The translations under genes and the position numbers were made by a program. A stretch of 63,112 bases of DNA, counting the filler, from Octopus bimaculoides (Eukaryota): assembly GCF_001194135.2 (NCBI RefSeq). It is 5 parts of 5 records of this genome, joined end to end, with 100 filler letters (N's around TTAATTAATTAA, not from the genome) between each part and the next. Parts side by side here need not be neighbours in the genome. Positions count along the whole stretch, not along the records: positions 37,427 to 50,444 come from NC_068984.1; positions 50,545 to 61,568 come from NC_068997.1; positions 61,669 to 63,112 come from NW_026435821.1; 2 more parts are not named here. One strand, 5' to 3'. Shown here piece after piece: positions 49,651-63,112 of this stretch. Within the stretch, counting starts at the first letter, position 1. Each line of letters starts with the position of its first letter. The notes below the pieces were generated by a model that was given only the letters and a program-made list of their open reading frames with translations, was not told the DNA's origin and searched no databases.

Positions 49651-50241
49651 AGTTTGAGGCTATAGTATATATACATACATACATATATATATATANNNNN
49701 NNNNNNNNNNNNNNNNNNNNNNNNNNNNNNNNNNNNNNNNNNNNNNNNNNNNNNNNNNNNNNNNNNNNNNNNNNNNNNNNNNNNNNNNNNNNNNNNNNNN
49801 NNNNNNNNNNNNNNNNNNNNNNNNNNNNNNNNNNNNNNNNNNNNNNNNNNNNNNNNNNNNNNNNNNNNNNNNNNNNNNNNNNNNNNNNNNNNNNNNNNNN
49901 NNNNNNNNNNNNNNNNNNNNNNNNNNNNNNNNNNNNNNNNNNNNNNNNNNNNNNNNNNNNNNNNNNNNNNNNNNNNNNNNNNNNNNNNNNNNNNNNNNNN
50001 NNNNNNNNNNNNNNNNNNNNNNNNNNNNNNNNNNNNNNNNNNNNNNNNNNNNNNNNNNNNNNNNNNNNNNNNNNNNNNNNNNNNNNNNNNNNNNNNNNNN
50101 NNNNNNNNNNNNNNNNNNNNNNNNNNNNNNNNNNNNNNNNNNNNNNNNNNNNNNNNNNNNNNNNNNNNNNNNNNNNNNNNNNNNNNNNNNNNNNNNNNNN
50201 NNNNNNNNNNNNNNNNNNNNNNNNNNNNNNNNNNNNNNNNN

Positions 50242-50284
<43 letters not shown>

Positions 50285-50395
50285 TACACATACATATATT
50301 CATATAGTTGAAATTTACAGAAAACAAATAGATAAAGAATAAAACTACTTGTGGATCTAGAGGTCATGCATACATACATACATACATACATACAC

Positions 50396-50444
<49 letters not shown>

Positions 50445-51178
50445 NNNNNNNNNNNNNNNNNNNNNNNNNNNNNNNNNNNNNNNNNNNNTTAATTAATTAA
50501 NNNNNNNNNNNNNNNNNNNNNNNNNNNNNNNNNNNNNNNNNNNNATATATATATATATATATATATAGGTGTGTGTGTGTGTGTGTGCTGGGTGTTGAAA
50601 GTGTCAAAAAAAAAACGTTATTTCCATTTCTTTGAGTGCAATGGTTACTTCGGTTTGGAATGGTAGACAGGTTGGTGAGTACTTTACCATTGAACCACTT
50701 CGATTCAGTTCCAACCCACACGACACCCCCACCACAGACATTCACCTTACATATAATATATCTAATAAGTAAATAAATAAATAAATATATATATATATTT
50801 CGTATGCATCTACATAAATATATAATAATTAATAAGCAATTTCATACGTGTTTTCCTTTCATTGACAACGAGAAAATTTTGTAATTACGAATGTACCTAT
50901 ACACACCCTCCGGCGATGGGCGTGTATTTATACATGCGTACAAACATACATACATACATACATATGAATATTAACCTAATTAAACTCACTTCCTTTGTGT
51001 GTACATACACATACATACGCACACATATACAAACATACACGCACACGTATACACACAGATTCACAAAATGCTTTATAATACGTCACGTAATTCTATGAAC
51101 ATACTGCATACGATATTTCACCTTCTTTCGTATTTACATCCTTATCTACACATATATATAAATGCATACATACATACA

Positions 51179-51209
<31 letters not shown>

Positions 51210-51241
51210 GTGTATATATATATACACAGATAGATCGATAG

Positions 51242-51272
<31 letters not shown>

Positions 51273-52204
51273 GATAGATAGGTATGGTGTATGTATGTAT
51301 GTATGCGCAGGCTTGGTTGTGTGGTAAGTAGCTCGTTTGGTACCTATTTCATCAAAAGGATAAAAGGTAGGAATTTAAAAATCAGAACGTGGAGCCAGAC
51401 GAAATGCTGCTAAGCATTTTGTTCGGCGTGCTAACGATTCTTCTTCCAGCTCACCGCCTTGGGTAAGGGAAAAATTGAATGTACGATTAAAAGTTCACAG
51501 TAAGATATTCGGACAGCGTATAACTCGGTTAAGGTCGTGCTTCCAATAACGTATATAGGACGTTAAGCGAAGTATGAAAACAGTTTAAGAATGCAGTTTG
51601 ATTTCAGAGATTGTAGAAGGTTGTTAAACACAAAATTGATCACCTGATTTCTTCGCAAAAAAGTCGTAATCGATTGAAAAAGATCAATCTAGCATGTTCA
51701 AAGTAAATTGATTTTATATATTTTGGAACTAAATAGTTTAATGATGTGCGTGCGTGTGTGTGTGTCCGTGTGATTTGCAGTGTGTGTTTTATTATGTGTG
51801 TATGTTTAATGGTACGTGTGTGCTTATGGATATATGTGTCTATGTGTTGATCGCGTGCGTATGTATATATGTGTGAGTGCGTTTGTTGATGTATGTGTTT
51901 ATTGATATACATTCGCGTGTCTCTAACGATGCGTGTGCGTTACTTTTTATGTAAGTGTGTATATTATATGTGTGTTTATCGATGCATGTGTGTTTATTAA
52001 TGTCTGCGTGCATTGCTGTGCATGTGTATCTTGATGTGTTCACATTTATTAATGTGTATGAGTGTGTGTGTGTTTATTTATCGAAGTATGAGCTTATTAA
52101 TGTGTAGGTGTGTTGACAGAAGTGTGTGTGTGCTTATCGAAATGGGTGTTTAGTGAAACGCTTTTGTATGAATACTATTATGCTGAGGCTTTTATTCTGT
52201 GTAA

Positions 52205-52332
52205 AGGTGCAGGCGTGGCTGTGCGGTAAGTAGCTTGCTTACCAATCAAATGGTTTCGGGTTCAGTTTCACTGCGTGGCATCTTGAGTAAGTGTTTTCTG
52301 CTATAACTTCGAAGCAACCAAAGCCTTGTATG
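52205..52332 (+). mobile_element. CORE-like tRNA SINE (family 2)
   Basis: GTGGCTGTGCGGTAAGTAGCTTGCTTACC..GGGTTCAGT..CTGCGTGGCATCTTGAGTAAGTG. Confidence 0.7.
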
Positions 52333-52859
52333 TATGTCATTATTTAGTTTATTTCAAGATTTTTTGCCAATAAGGAAAGAGCCGGTTTCTAACCTAAATC
52401 CAAGGTTCCTTCATTGGAATTTCTACATCAACAGAGTATGCATGTATGTGTGTTATGTATGTATGTGTGTGTGTGTGTTTCTTTATGCTTTTATTTGTCC
52501 CACATCGCCCGACAGTCGCTGATAGTTTGTTTACATTCCCGTAACGTAGCAGTTCGGCAAAAGTCACCCATAAAATAAGTACCAGGCTTTGTTTGACTAA
52601 ATCCTTCAACGCAGTGCTACAGCATGGTCGCAGTTCAATGACTTTAACAAGTATAAGATAAAGAATATTTATGCTTGTCTGTGCATTTTTTGTTCTCATG
52701 GCCCCTATTTTAGGTTTAAGATAAATGCAAGTATTTATTCTCAGATGTTAGGGGACACACGGAATGCTTTGTAAGAGAGTGATCTCCACTTAACCACACA
52801 TGAAAATCGGGGGAAGGAGGGATGCTCAAGAGAGTGACATTTTAACTGCGCCATACATT

Positions 52860-52893
<34 letters not shown>

Positions 52894-53126
52894 GGTATAT
52901 ATACCTGTGTAAATATATATGCATTTATACATATGTATCAATCATATTCATATATATGTAAGTACACACACACACACACTTAAATACATTCATATATATA
53001 TATATATATATACATATCCATCTATCTATATATATATATGTACATATATATATATACATATATGTATATTTACATATACATATATATGTATATACATAAA
53101 TGTGTATATATATGTATGTGCGTGTG

Positions 53127-53178
<52 letters not shown>

Positions 53179-54083
53179 CAGACATTATGTATATATATAT
53201 ACAGATGTAAATATATATGTATATATATATATGTATATGTATATAGATATGTACATATAAATGTACATATATATATATATACATATATACANNNNNNNNN
53301 NNNNNNNNNNNNNNNNNNNNNNNNNNNNNNNNNNNNNNNNNNNNNNNNNNNNNNNNNNNNNNNNNNNNNNNNNNNNNNNNNNNNNNNNNNNNNNNNNNNN
53401 NNATACATGTATACACCCACATACATTATATATATACATATATTTATATATAACATGGTTCAGGACTATTATCAGTGTGAACGAGTGTAAGAACGTGTGT
53501 GTGTGTATGTGTGTGTATGTGTGAGAGTGTGTTTATTGGCACAATTTCACCAATTATCCTTAAAATGTGTGAGAGAGAGAGAGAGAGAGATTCTAAACAG
53601 CCCCAAACAGATAAGTCACTTCTAAGTGTGTATTATTTACTGGTTTTTGATGTGGCGTGAAATTAAATGATTCTGGATGTTGTTTGGTAAAGAAAATATT
53701 TACATCATTTGATTGAAGGTGTTGTTTATCAAACTTTGTGTGTGTGTGTGCGCGTGTGTGTGCGCGTGTGTGTATGTGTATGTATGTATGTACGTGTGTG
53801 CTTGTTATGTGTGTGTGTGTGTGAGTGCTTGTTAAGTGAGTGTGTGTGTGTGTGTTTGTGTGTGTATTCTTATATATATTCTTATATATATTTGTATATA
53901 TATATTCATATATATATAGTATTACATATATATTGTATATAATATATATGTATAGAGATAAATATATTGATGTATATGTAATACAAATATATAAATGTAT
54001 TATATATATCTATATTTATAAAATGTGCATACACACACATACACACATACACACACACATATACACTGACACACATATACACT

Positions 54084-54120
<37 letters not shown>

Positions 54121-54194
54121 TCATNNNNNNNNNNCATACGCACGCATACACGCTAATGGCCACTTCGAACTATTTCGTTTAGCTCATTTTTATT

Positions 54195-54231
<37 letters not shown>

Positions 54232-54371
54232 GAAATATACATGTATATACATATACATATATATGCATACATGCGTGCATACATACATACATACATACAT
54301 ACATACATACATACATACATACATAATACATACATACATAGAATCGTGTACATACATATTGATAATGATAC

Positions 54372-54582
54372 TCCTTTCTACTATAGGCACAAGGCCTGAA
54401 GTTCTAGGGGAGGGGACTAGTCGATTGCATCGACCCCCAGTGTTTCATTGGTACTTAATTTATCGATTCCGACAGGACGAAAGGCAAAGTCGACCTCGGC
54501 AGCATTTGAACTCGGAACGTGTAACCGGATGAAATGTCGCTGAGCATTTGTTTTCCCGGTTTGCAAACGACTGTGCCACTCT
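54372..54582 (-). mobile_element. SINE family 1 copy
   Basis: Reverse complement of the family motif. Confidence 0.75.
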
Positions 54583-54675
54583 CTACTCACTCCCTACTTC
54601 TAGAAGAAAGAGTCATTCAGTAAAATTAAAGAATAACAAAGTTCGACACACAGACAGACTGAGTTCCCGCCAGTA

Positions 54676-54758
54676 TGGCTGAAAACGGCTGAAAACGGCT
54701 GAAAACGGCTGGAAATGGCTGAAAATGGTTGAAAATAGTTGAAAATGGCTGAAAATGG
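54676..54758 (+). repeat. 10-bp minisatellite (GGCTGAAAAY)x~8
   Basis: Directly visible tandem array. Confidence 0.9.
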
Positions 54759-55357
54759 AGAGGACGACGTTAGTAATGTCTAAAAATGCTGATGTCTTGT
54801 CTTTCTTAACAATTGACCACTAAAGAACTGAAGTTCTTGAAACTGGTAGTCCTATAAAGGAAAGAATCACGGCTGCTGATAAAGACTACTTTGGTAGCTT
54901 GTGTTGTTGTTGTAATCACCGTCGTTTTTCTTATCGCTGTTGTTGTTGTAGTTGTTATTGCTGTTGTTGTTATTGTTGTATGTTTTGTCTGTTATTACTA
55001 TGTTTTGTTGTAGTTTTACTATTGTCGAATTATTTCTTAACTTCAATTCTTTCTTAATTAGGGACGTTCCTTCTGTGCCATTCCGCCATTATAAATGTTG
55101 TTGCTTTTGTGTTTATTTTCTTTATTCTTGTTTTTTTTTCTTTTAATATCTTTATTTCAGTCATTAGACTACGGCCTTGCTGGAGCACTGCTTAGACGAA
55201 TTTTTTAGTCGAATTAATCACCTCAGTCCTTTTTGTCTGAAGCCAGCTACTTATTCATTCAATCGATCTTTTTTTAGCGAACCGCTAGGTAACGGGGACA
55301 TAAACACACCCTCACCGGTTGTCAAGCGGTAGTAGGAAGACAAACACAGACACGAAG

Positions 55358-55406
<49 letters not shown>

Positions 55407-55424
55407 TACATACATATATCTATG

Positions 55425-55585
55425 TATACGACGGGCTTCTTTCAGTTTCCATCTACCAAATCCACTCACAAGGCTTTGGTCGGCCTGAGGCTATAGTAGA
55501 AGACACTTTTGCACAAGATGTCACGCAGAGGGGCTGAACCCAGAACCATGTGGTTGGGAGGCAAGCTTCTTACCACACGCCTACG
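55425..55585 (-). mobile_element. CORE-like tRNA SINE (family 2)
   Basis: Reverse complement of the 57673 copy. Confidence 0.72.
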
Positions 55586-55689
55586 CCTACACTTTTATGT
55601 GTTTGTTGCTGTTGTTGTCGCCGTCGTTGTTGTTGCTCCTGTTGTTGTTGATGTTGTTACTATTGTCGATTTTTTTCACTTCATTCTTT

Positions 55690-56027
55690 TTCTTTGCAGA
55701 TGTCTGTGCCGTTCCGCCATTATAAATGTTGCTGCTTTCGTTTTTCATGTTTTATATGTATGTTGTTGCTGTTTGTTTGTTTGTTTGTTTCTCTATTGTT
55801 ACTGTGTTTTCATTGTTGTGGTCATCACAACTACTACCACAACCCCTATCACCACCATGACAGCCAGCAACTCCACCACTATCACCAACATCTCAACTAC
55901 CGCCACCACCATCACCACCACCATCACTACTATCTCAACCACTACCAGCACCACCATGACCACAAACTATCACAGCCACTCCAATACCATCACCACCACT
56001 GCCCCTACTACTACAATACTACTACAA

Positions 56028-56068
<41 letters not shown>

Positions 56069-56432
56069 GTTCTGCGATTACTACCACTACCACACCCTAC
56101 ACCTCCACAACTACCATCAAAACTACTATCACAGCCACCACCTCTAACAACTATCACCCCTTCCATCTCCACCACCACCACCACCATCACTACGGTCGTA
56201 TTTTTTTCGTTTTTTTCTGTGCCATCATTATAAATGTTGTTGTGTTTATTGTTATTTTTTTCTGCTTGTTTGTTTGTTGTTGTTGTTGCTGTCAATATAT
56301 TACTAATTACTTTACATATTGCATTACCAATATATATCGCTAATGAATTCACTGTTGATAAATTCATAGAGTAGATGATGGTGTTGGGGGTCGTGGGGGT
56401 GATAATGGTAATCGTGGAGGTACAGAAGGTGG

Positions 56433-56483
<51 letters not shown>

Positions 56484-57861
56484 CAGCAGCAGCAGTAGTA
56501 GTACTAGTAGTAGTAGTAGTAGCAGTAGTAGTAGTGGGCTTGTGATAATAAGGGGGTTGGTAGTGGTGGAGGTGGTAATGGTGGGGCTTGTGGTGGTAGT
56601 GGTGGTGGTGGTAGNNNNNNNNNNNNNNNNNNNNNNNNNNNNNNNNNNNNNNNNNNNNNNNNNNNNNNNNNNNNNNNNNNNNNNNNNNNNNNNNNNNNNN
56701 NNNNNNNNNNNNNNNNNNNNNNNNNNNNNNNNNNNNNNNNNNNNNNNNNNNNNNNNNNNNNNNNNNNNNNNNNNNNNNNNNNNNNNNNNNNNNNNNNNNN
56801 NNNNNNNNNNNNNNNNNNNNNNNNNNNNNNNNNNNNNNNNNNNNNNNNNNNNNNNNNNNNNNNNNNNNNNNNNNNNNNNNNNNNNNNNNNNNNNNNNNNN
56901 NNNNNNNNNNNNNNNNNNNNNNNNNNNNNNNNNNNNNNNNNNNNNNNNNNNNNNNNNNNNNNNNNNNNNNNNNNNNNNNNNNNNNNNNNNNNNNNNNNNN
57001 NNNNNNNNNNNNNNNNNNNNNNNNNNNNNNNNNNNNNNNNNNNNNNNNNNNNNNNNNNNNNNNNNNNNNNNNNNNNNNNNNNNNNNNNNNNNNNNNNNNN
57101 NNNNNNNNNNNNNNNNNNNNNNNNNNNNNNNNNNNNNNNNNNNNNNNNNNNNNNNNNNNNNNNNNNNNNNNNNNNNNNNNNNNAAAAAAAAAGAAAAAAA
57201 CAATGAACGCAACAACGGCGTTTATAATGGCGGCATCGACTTCTGTAGAAACGGAGCTAAAAAGCAAGAGAGAATCTTTTGATTTAATCATAAGACTGCG
57301 GTCATGCTGGGGCACCGCCTTGAAGAATTTTTAGTCGAATGAATCGACCCCAATACTGTTTTTTTTTTTTTTAAGCTGGTTATTTATTTTACCATTCTCA
57401 TTTGCCGAACTGTTAAGTTACGGGGACGCTAACACACCTACACCGGTTGTCAAGCGGTGGTGGGGGACAAACACAAACGCAAAGAAACACACACATACTC
57501 GCATAACAACAGCACTAACTTTCACAACAACAAAACCAACACACTATAAAAAAAAATCAACGCTAACAGAACATCAACAATAACAACAACAACAACAACA
57601 ACAACAAAAACAACAACAACAATTGTATCACGTCTTTAAATTCCTCATCGCAACTTGGCGGTGTTTAATTTGTGCAGAAGTGGCTGTGTGGTTAGAAGCT
57701 TGCCTCCCAGCCACATGGTGCCGAGTTCAGTCCCACTACGTGACACTTTGAACAAGTGTTTTCTACTATAGCCTCGGGCCGACCAAAACTTTGTGAGTGG
57801 ATTTGGTAGACGGAAACCGAAAGAAACCCCTATATACATATATATCTACATATATATATAT

Positions 57862-57896
<35 letters not shown>

Positions 57897-58302
57897 CTAC
57901 AGTTCTAGATATGGAAAAGGTTGGATGGTCATAGTTGGGTTGTCTTTGATCATCAGCCCGTACAGTCGTGGCTGACGACAATAAGAACAGCAGTCGGAGA
58001 GCAGGAGCAGAAACAACAATAAAAGCAACAACAGCAGCAGCAGCAGTATCAGCAGCAGCGAAGCAACAGCAGCAAAGCAACAGCAGCAAAACAACAGCAG
58101 CATCACCAGCAGTAGCAGCCGTAGTAGCAGCAGTAGTAACAGCAGCACCAGTAGCAGCAATAACAGCAGCAGTAGCAGCAGTAGTAGTAGTAGTAGCAGC
58201 AGCAGCAGCAGCAAAGCAACAACAGCAGCAGCAGTAGTAGCAACAACGACATCAACTTAGGTAAATGAAAGCGAGATGGAATGAGGTGTGAGAGCTGTGA
58301 GG

Positions 58303-58337
<35 letters not shown>

Positions 58338-58340
58338 CTC
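55690..58340. repeat. Microsatellite-rich tract (TAC/TAG/CAC/CAG/AAT, TA)
   Basis: Dense trinucleotide arrays flanking a 589-N gap; these explain the low-complexity ORFs. Confidence 0.9.
57673..57835 (+). mobile_element. CORE-like tRNA SINE (family 2), near full-length
   Basis: tRNA-like head (GTGGCTGTGTGGTTAGAAGC..CCGAGTTCAGTCCC), CORE-like GTGACACTTTGAACAAGTG..GCCTC, (TA)n tail. Confidence 0.78.
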
Positions 58341-60499
58341 TGCAAGAGAACCGTTGCTAGGATACAATAAAGTTCATTAAACTTGAATAAAGCGACAATG
58401 TTAGACCTTATTGACCTATAATGACATTTCATGTCAAGGGTCAACAGATACTTCGCTTCTTTCATTGTGTTTCATTAATGGAGTGCGTTGATAAATGTTC
58501 AGTTAATACGTCACGGCAATATTGGCTTTTAGAGTAAATAGTTACAAAAGAAATATATATATATATATATACGGTAGCGATAAGGCAGAGAAGTGGTAGA
58601 GACATTGAAGGCATTGAATAGAATTTCCTCAATGTTCTGAGTTCGAATCCCACCCAGGTCGTTTTCGGGTTTTTCTTTTTATTTTTTTTATCATTTTGGG
58701 GAGTCAATAAAGGATTAGTGAATGGTGGCGAGTTGGCAGAGAGTGGAACAAAATTCTTCGAGACACTTTCTGCACTTTGATTTCAAGTCCAGCCCAGGTC
58801 AATTTTACATTTTAGCTTTCCAGGAGCGCCAATAAAGTACCACTGCACAGCGTCGGACAAATTTCTTTACTGTTTCTCCTCGGACTGTTTCCGCTTTCAC
58901 AACAATGGCTGCAACATCACTGGTTTGGTTCGCTAATTCCATTTTGTTCTATAATTTTTGAGATAGTAATGTCCTTTGTTTGGAGTAATTTCCTTGTTTT
59001 TTTTTTTTGTTTTTTTTAGATACCAGATATTAATTACTGTACTTTTAAGTTATAGGTTTAATACGATTTTGTTCATATTCGATGTTGGCATTTGTAATAA
59101 ACAGGGGTAGAGATGTGATGGATATATTATACTAATCATTCGCTCCTGCTACATGTTTATTGATTTCCAGATAACGTTCATATTTTTAATGCTGTTGACA
59201 CCGCCGGATTGAATAGTCCTGTCGAGGTGTCGAAACCAGAGTGATATCCATTAGGCAGCTGATGATGGGAGCATATGTTTGATATGCTTGTTTTCTGTGA
59301 ATCTTTTGTACCTTGGAGTTTCGTTTTCCTGAGTTGTCTTCTATTCTCGTGAGGTTGAACTTGTTAGAGGGTTCATGGTTTATGGTGATTTTGTTCTTTG
59401 TATTGTTAAATATGTTGATAGCGTGTGGTTAGTTTCATTGATAATCGTATTATGCGAGGATAATAATTAATAGTTTCTAGTTTGGAGTAGATTATGCAAC
59501 ATATATGTAAATACGTAAATGATCAACATTAGCCGACGAAGGCTTTGCAAGGAGAAAGAGAGAGGGAGGAAGAGAGCACTTTATATTCGTTCAGTGGCTG
59601 ACAAAATGAAAATGTACTGGCGGAAATGGAAGTGTACCCTGTGGTTATTGGTTATGTACCTTTACATTAGGAAATGTAGTTCAAGACGCACAAAGCCTGA
59701 ATAATAATTTTAAAATTCTTTGAAATAGAATGGTCGAATAATCATAACTGGAATACCATTGGTCATAGATTTATTAGGTGACGGCTTAAGCCAGACACTA
59801 AACAACAAAGACAAGTATAGCAAGAGCGACAACATCATGTACGTATGTTCCATACAAGACTACAGTATAACAGAATAATACAAAAACGAATGCTGTGAGT
59901 GTGTGTTAGAGAAAGCTGCAAAGAATGAAGACGTGAAAAGGAAGAATTTGTGCGAAGGTATGGAGAAACTGGCTTGGCAGATGTAGAACAGATTAAACGC
60001 TTCAATCTGAGAATGGAGAAGCTAGTAGTAGCAGTAGTGGTGGTGGTGGTGGTGGTGGTCGTCGTCGTCGTCGTAGTTGTGGTTGTGGTGGTAACGGTGG
60101 TTGTCTATTGATATTTGCGGTAGTGATGATAGTGGTGACGACTGGAATTGTAGTGTTGTTGCAAGTATATATAATTTTAAAATATATATATATATATATA
60201 TATGCGTGTGCATGTGTAAGCATATATATGTGTATATATACATGTATATACATATATATATATGTGTGTGTGTGAATATACATATACATATGTATATCCA
60301 AAGAAAGGTCATGCCTCAATTTGCGCTTATACTGATCATGGAAGGGACGCCTTTTATCCTTGACCCGTTCGATCAGAGATGACCCGACGTTAAACCGCAA
60401 CAATAATAGCGATCAACATCATTAATTATCATCGCCATCATCCTCATCATCATTACCATCGTCGTCGTCGTCATCATAATTACATTGTTGTTATCATCA

Positions 60500-60552
<53 letters not shown>

Positions 60553-60589
60553 TCTCAGATACACAGCTTCGTATTTTGAGAGAATGTAA

Positions 60590-61210
60590 AGACGGACTAA
60601 ATGCCGTTAAGAATTTTGTCCGGAGCGGTAACGATTTTGCCAGCTCGACACCTTCTGTATAGGTTTCTAATTTACGTTTGAAGCCAGTAATTTTGAAGGG
60701 TGCTTACTAGTTGAATGCATTGACCCTAGTACTTGACCGGATAGTTTGTCGATCTCGGAGGGACGAAAGTGAAGTTTGAGCACACCGGGATTCGAAATCA
60801 AAACGTAAAACGCCGGAACAAAAAAACAAACAAAAAAAAGACGCATGACATTCAGTCCGACACTCTAACAAGTCTGCTAACCAAATACACCGTCCTTAAA
60901 GTGTCCTGAAGTTTGAGGGGAGGGGAATAGCTGGTTATGTATCGACTCCAGCACAAGTCCAGTAGATTTGAAGGGAGGGTGCTGGTTGATACCATCGAAC
61001 CCACAACTTCACTCGTATTTTATTGCATCAATCCCGGAGGAATGAAAGGCAAAGTTGGCCTCGATGGAATTTGGACTGTTTGTCATCGACCCCGGAAGAA
61101 TTAATGGCAAAGCTGACCTCAGTAGGGACTTAACTAATCACCACAAGGCGTTTTATCCGTCACACTACTAATCTGCCAAATCGCTGCCATTTTGTTCGAT
61201 GCTCTACCGA
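60590..61210 (-). mobile_element. Cluster of degenerate SINE family 1 copies
   Basis: Repeated reverse-complement motifs (ATCGACCCC, GGCAAAGT..ACCTC, TAACGATTTTGCCAGCTC). Confidence 0.55.
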
Positions 61211-61722
61211 TTATGCCAAACTGCCGCATTGTATAGTAATAATAATAATAATAATGTTTGTTACGGCCAATTGAAAGCTCGACGGGACCATAATACAATA
61301 TAAAGTCGTTGTTGAAGAATTACCTACAGTCATCAGTATGGGGGTGGGTGGAGGGCTTGTAACTGTCTAGACACTAGGCCCCAGGTCTTCATTGGCAGGA
61401 TGATGGAAAAGGGGGCAGAGAGAGGGGGAAATAGAAAAAGTGTCTTAGGGAGAAAATTTGAAATACAAAACACGCACACACATACATACATACATACATT
61501 TATATATATATACGTGCGAGCGTGTGCATGTATGTGCGTATGTTATATATATATATATATATATATATNNNNNNNNNNNNNNNNNNNNNNNNNNNNNNNN
61601 NNNNNNNNNNNNTTAATTAATTAANNNNNNNNNNNNNNNNNNNNNNNNNNNNNNNNNNNNNNNNNNNNGACACACATTCTCATTTTTATATATATAGATA
61701 TATATATATATACATATACATA

Positions 61723-62910
61723 CAGGGGTTGGACAAAATAATGGAAACCCCTAGTATCATAACATCATAATTTTGGAATATCTATAAAACCGTCAAAAGC
61801 TTGTTTATTTTTATGTTTTTTTTATTTATTATGAGTGTTGCTTAATATGTTTTGCTAAAATTGCTTTTTCTTTTCAGATATCAGAAAAAGGTAATTAAAA
61901 TTCATTAAAATGACATCTACTGGAAATCCAAAGAGATCAAATTGTTGGTGCTTGTATGGCAGGCGCTAGCATAACAAAAACAGCCAAAATGTTTGGTGTA
62001 TCAAGAAGTACTGTCTCGAAAGTAATGACAGCCTTTGAGAAAGAGGGAAAAACCTCCTTGTCAAAACAAAACTCCAGAAGAAAGCCAAAACTTTCAGAGA
62101 GGGACTGTCAGACTCCTACGCAAATTGTTAGAAAGGATCACAAAAGTACAGCTCCCAAAATTACTGCAGAGCTTAATGACCACCTCGAGAATCAAGTTTC
62201 CACAAAAACTAGGAGCTGGGAGCTGCACAAAGCTGGATTTCATGGGAGGGCTGCAGTCAGAAAACCACTACTTTCAAAAACAAATGTTGCAAAGCAACAG
62301 AATTGGTCCCTGGAGCAGTGGAAGAATGTTATTTTCTCGGACAAGTCATCCATTACTCTATTTCTGACCACCAGCCAAGTATACATGTTGAGACAGCCAA
62401 AAGAAGCATTTGACCCAGACTGCCTTCTTCCAATTGTTAAACATGGAGGAGGATCTGTGATGATCAGGGGGGTGGGCTATATCTTGGAAATCCACTGGCC
62501 GAATGGTTTCCCTTCATGGCAGAATTAATACTGAAGACTATTTAAGCATTTTATCTGATCAAATTTGTCCTATGGTTGCGGAACTGTTTCCAGAGGGAAA
62601 CGCAATTTTTCAGGATGATAATGCACCAATTCACACAGCTAAAGTTGTTACTGAATGGCACGAGGAATATTCTAGTGAAGTTGAACATCTTATCTGGCCA
62701 CCACAGTCGCCAGATCTTAATATTATTGAACATTTATGATGCATTTTAGAAAAACAAGTAAGGAGTCGATATCCTCCACCATCATCACTACAAGAACTGG
62801 AGACTGTTTTAGCTGAAGAAAGGACAAAAATTTCTTTGGAAACAATTCAAACTTTGTGCGAGTCAATAACTCATAGAATTCAAGCTGTAATTAGTGCCAA
62901 AGGCGATCCT
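61723..62910 (+). mobile_element. DD36E (Incomer-type) Tc1 transposon, frameshifted, right TIR absent
   Basis: TA-CAGGGGTTGGACAAAATAATGGAAAC left TIR; ATG at 61910. GASITKTAKMFGVSRSTVSKV, VIFSDKS, VKHGGGSVM, FQDDNAPIH...SPDLNIIE with 36 residues between D (62617) and E (62728). Confidence 0.9.
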
Positions 62911-63112
62911 AGCTCAAGTTACCATAGACACACCTTTGTGTGTTTTGTTGTGGTGAAAAAATTTTTTTTTCTCAGAATAATTTCTACAATAATTTAAAAA
63001 GAAATTTGGAGATCTTTCTTACTGTTAACCATTCAGCTTCAAATTACAATTGTTAATTGTTGGAAGTCAAGTACACTGAGTTCTACATATAGTGTTATCG
63101 TATAGAGTGGAA

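Overview
Eukaryotic, AT-rich, microsatellite-dense scaffold with many N gaps. The SINE families and repeat content suggest a cephalopod (Octopus-like) genome; that is inference. No prokaryotic features, CRISPR arrays or true tRNA/rRNA genes are supported. Host genes: spliced exons of cytosolic sulfotransferase (SULT)-fold genes on the minus strand. Exons 3-5 of an upstream copy lie at 25338-21298 and exons 1-2 of a downstream copy at 18015-15200. Both have intact GT-AG sites and open frames, but degenerate PAPS-binding motifs (YPGAGSHW for YPKSGTxW; HSGVVDTW for RKGxxGxW). The rest is largely mobile DNA: a Gypsy LTR element, a hAT/Buster transposase, Tc1/mariner elements (DD36E, DD37D, long-TIR mariner derivatives), a SAP-SWIM TIR element, R4/Dong-like fragments in (TAA)n, other LINE fragments, two Penelope-like elements (one with an N-terminal GIY-YIG, Naiad-type) and several tRNA-derived SINE families. 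The most striking signal is a tRNA-headed, SINE-like element carrying a minimal type I hammerhead ribozyme. It is inserted twice (4196-4812, 39617-40175) as head-to-head palindromes with target-site duplications and different inversion junctions, suggesting a Pol III/ribozyme retroelement mobilised by Penelope-like machinery. Further hammerhead motifs occur at 46394-46721 and 83-199.
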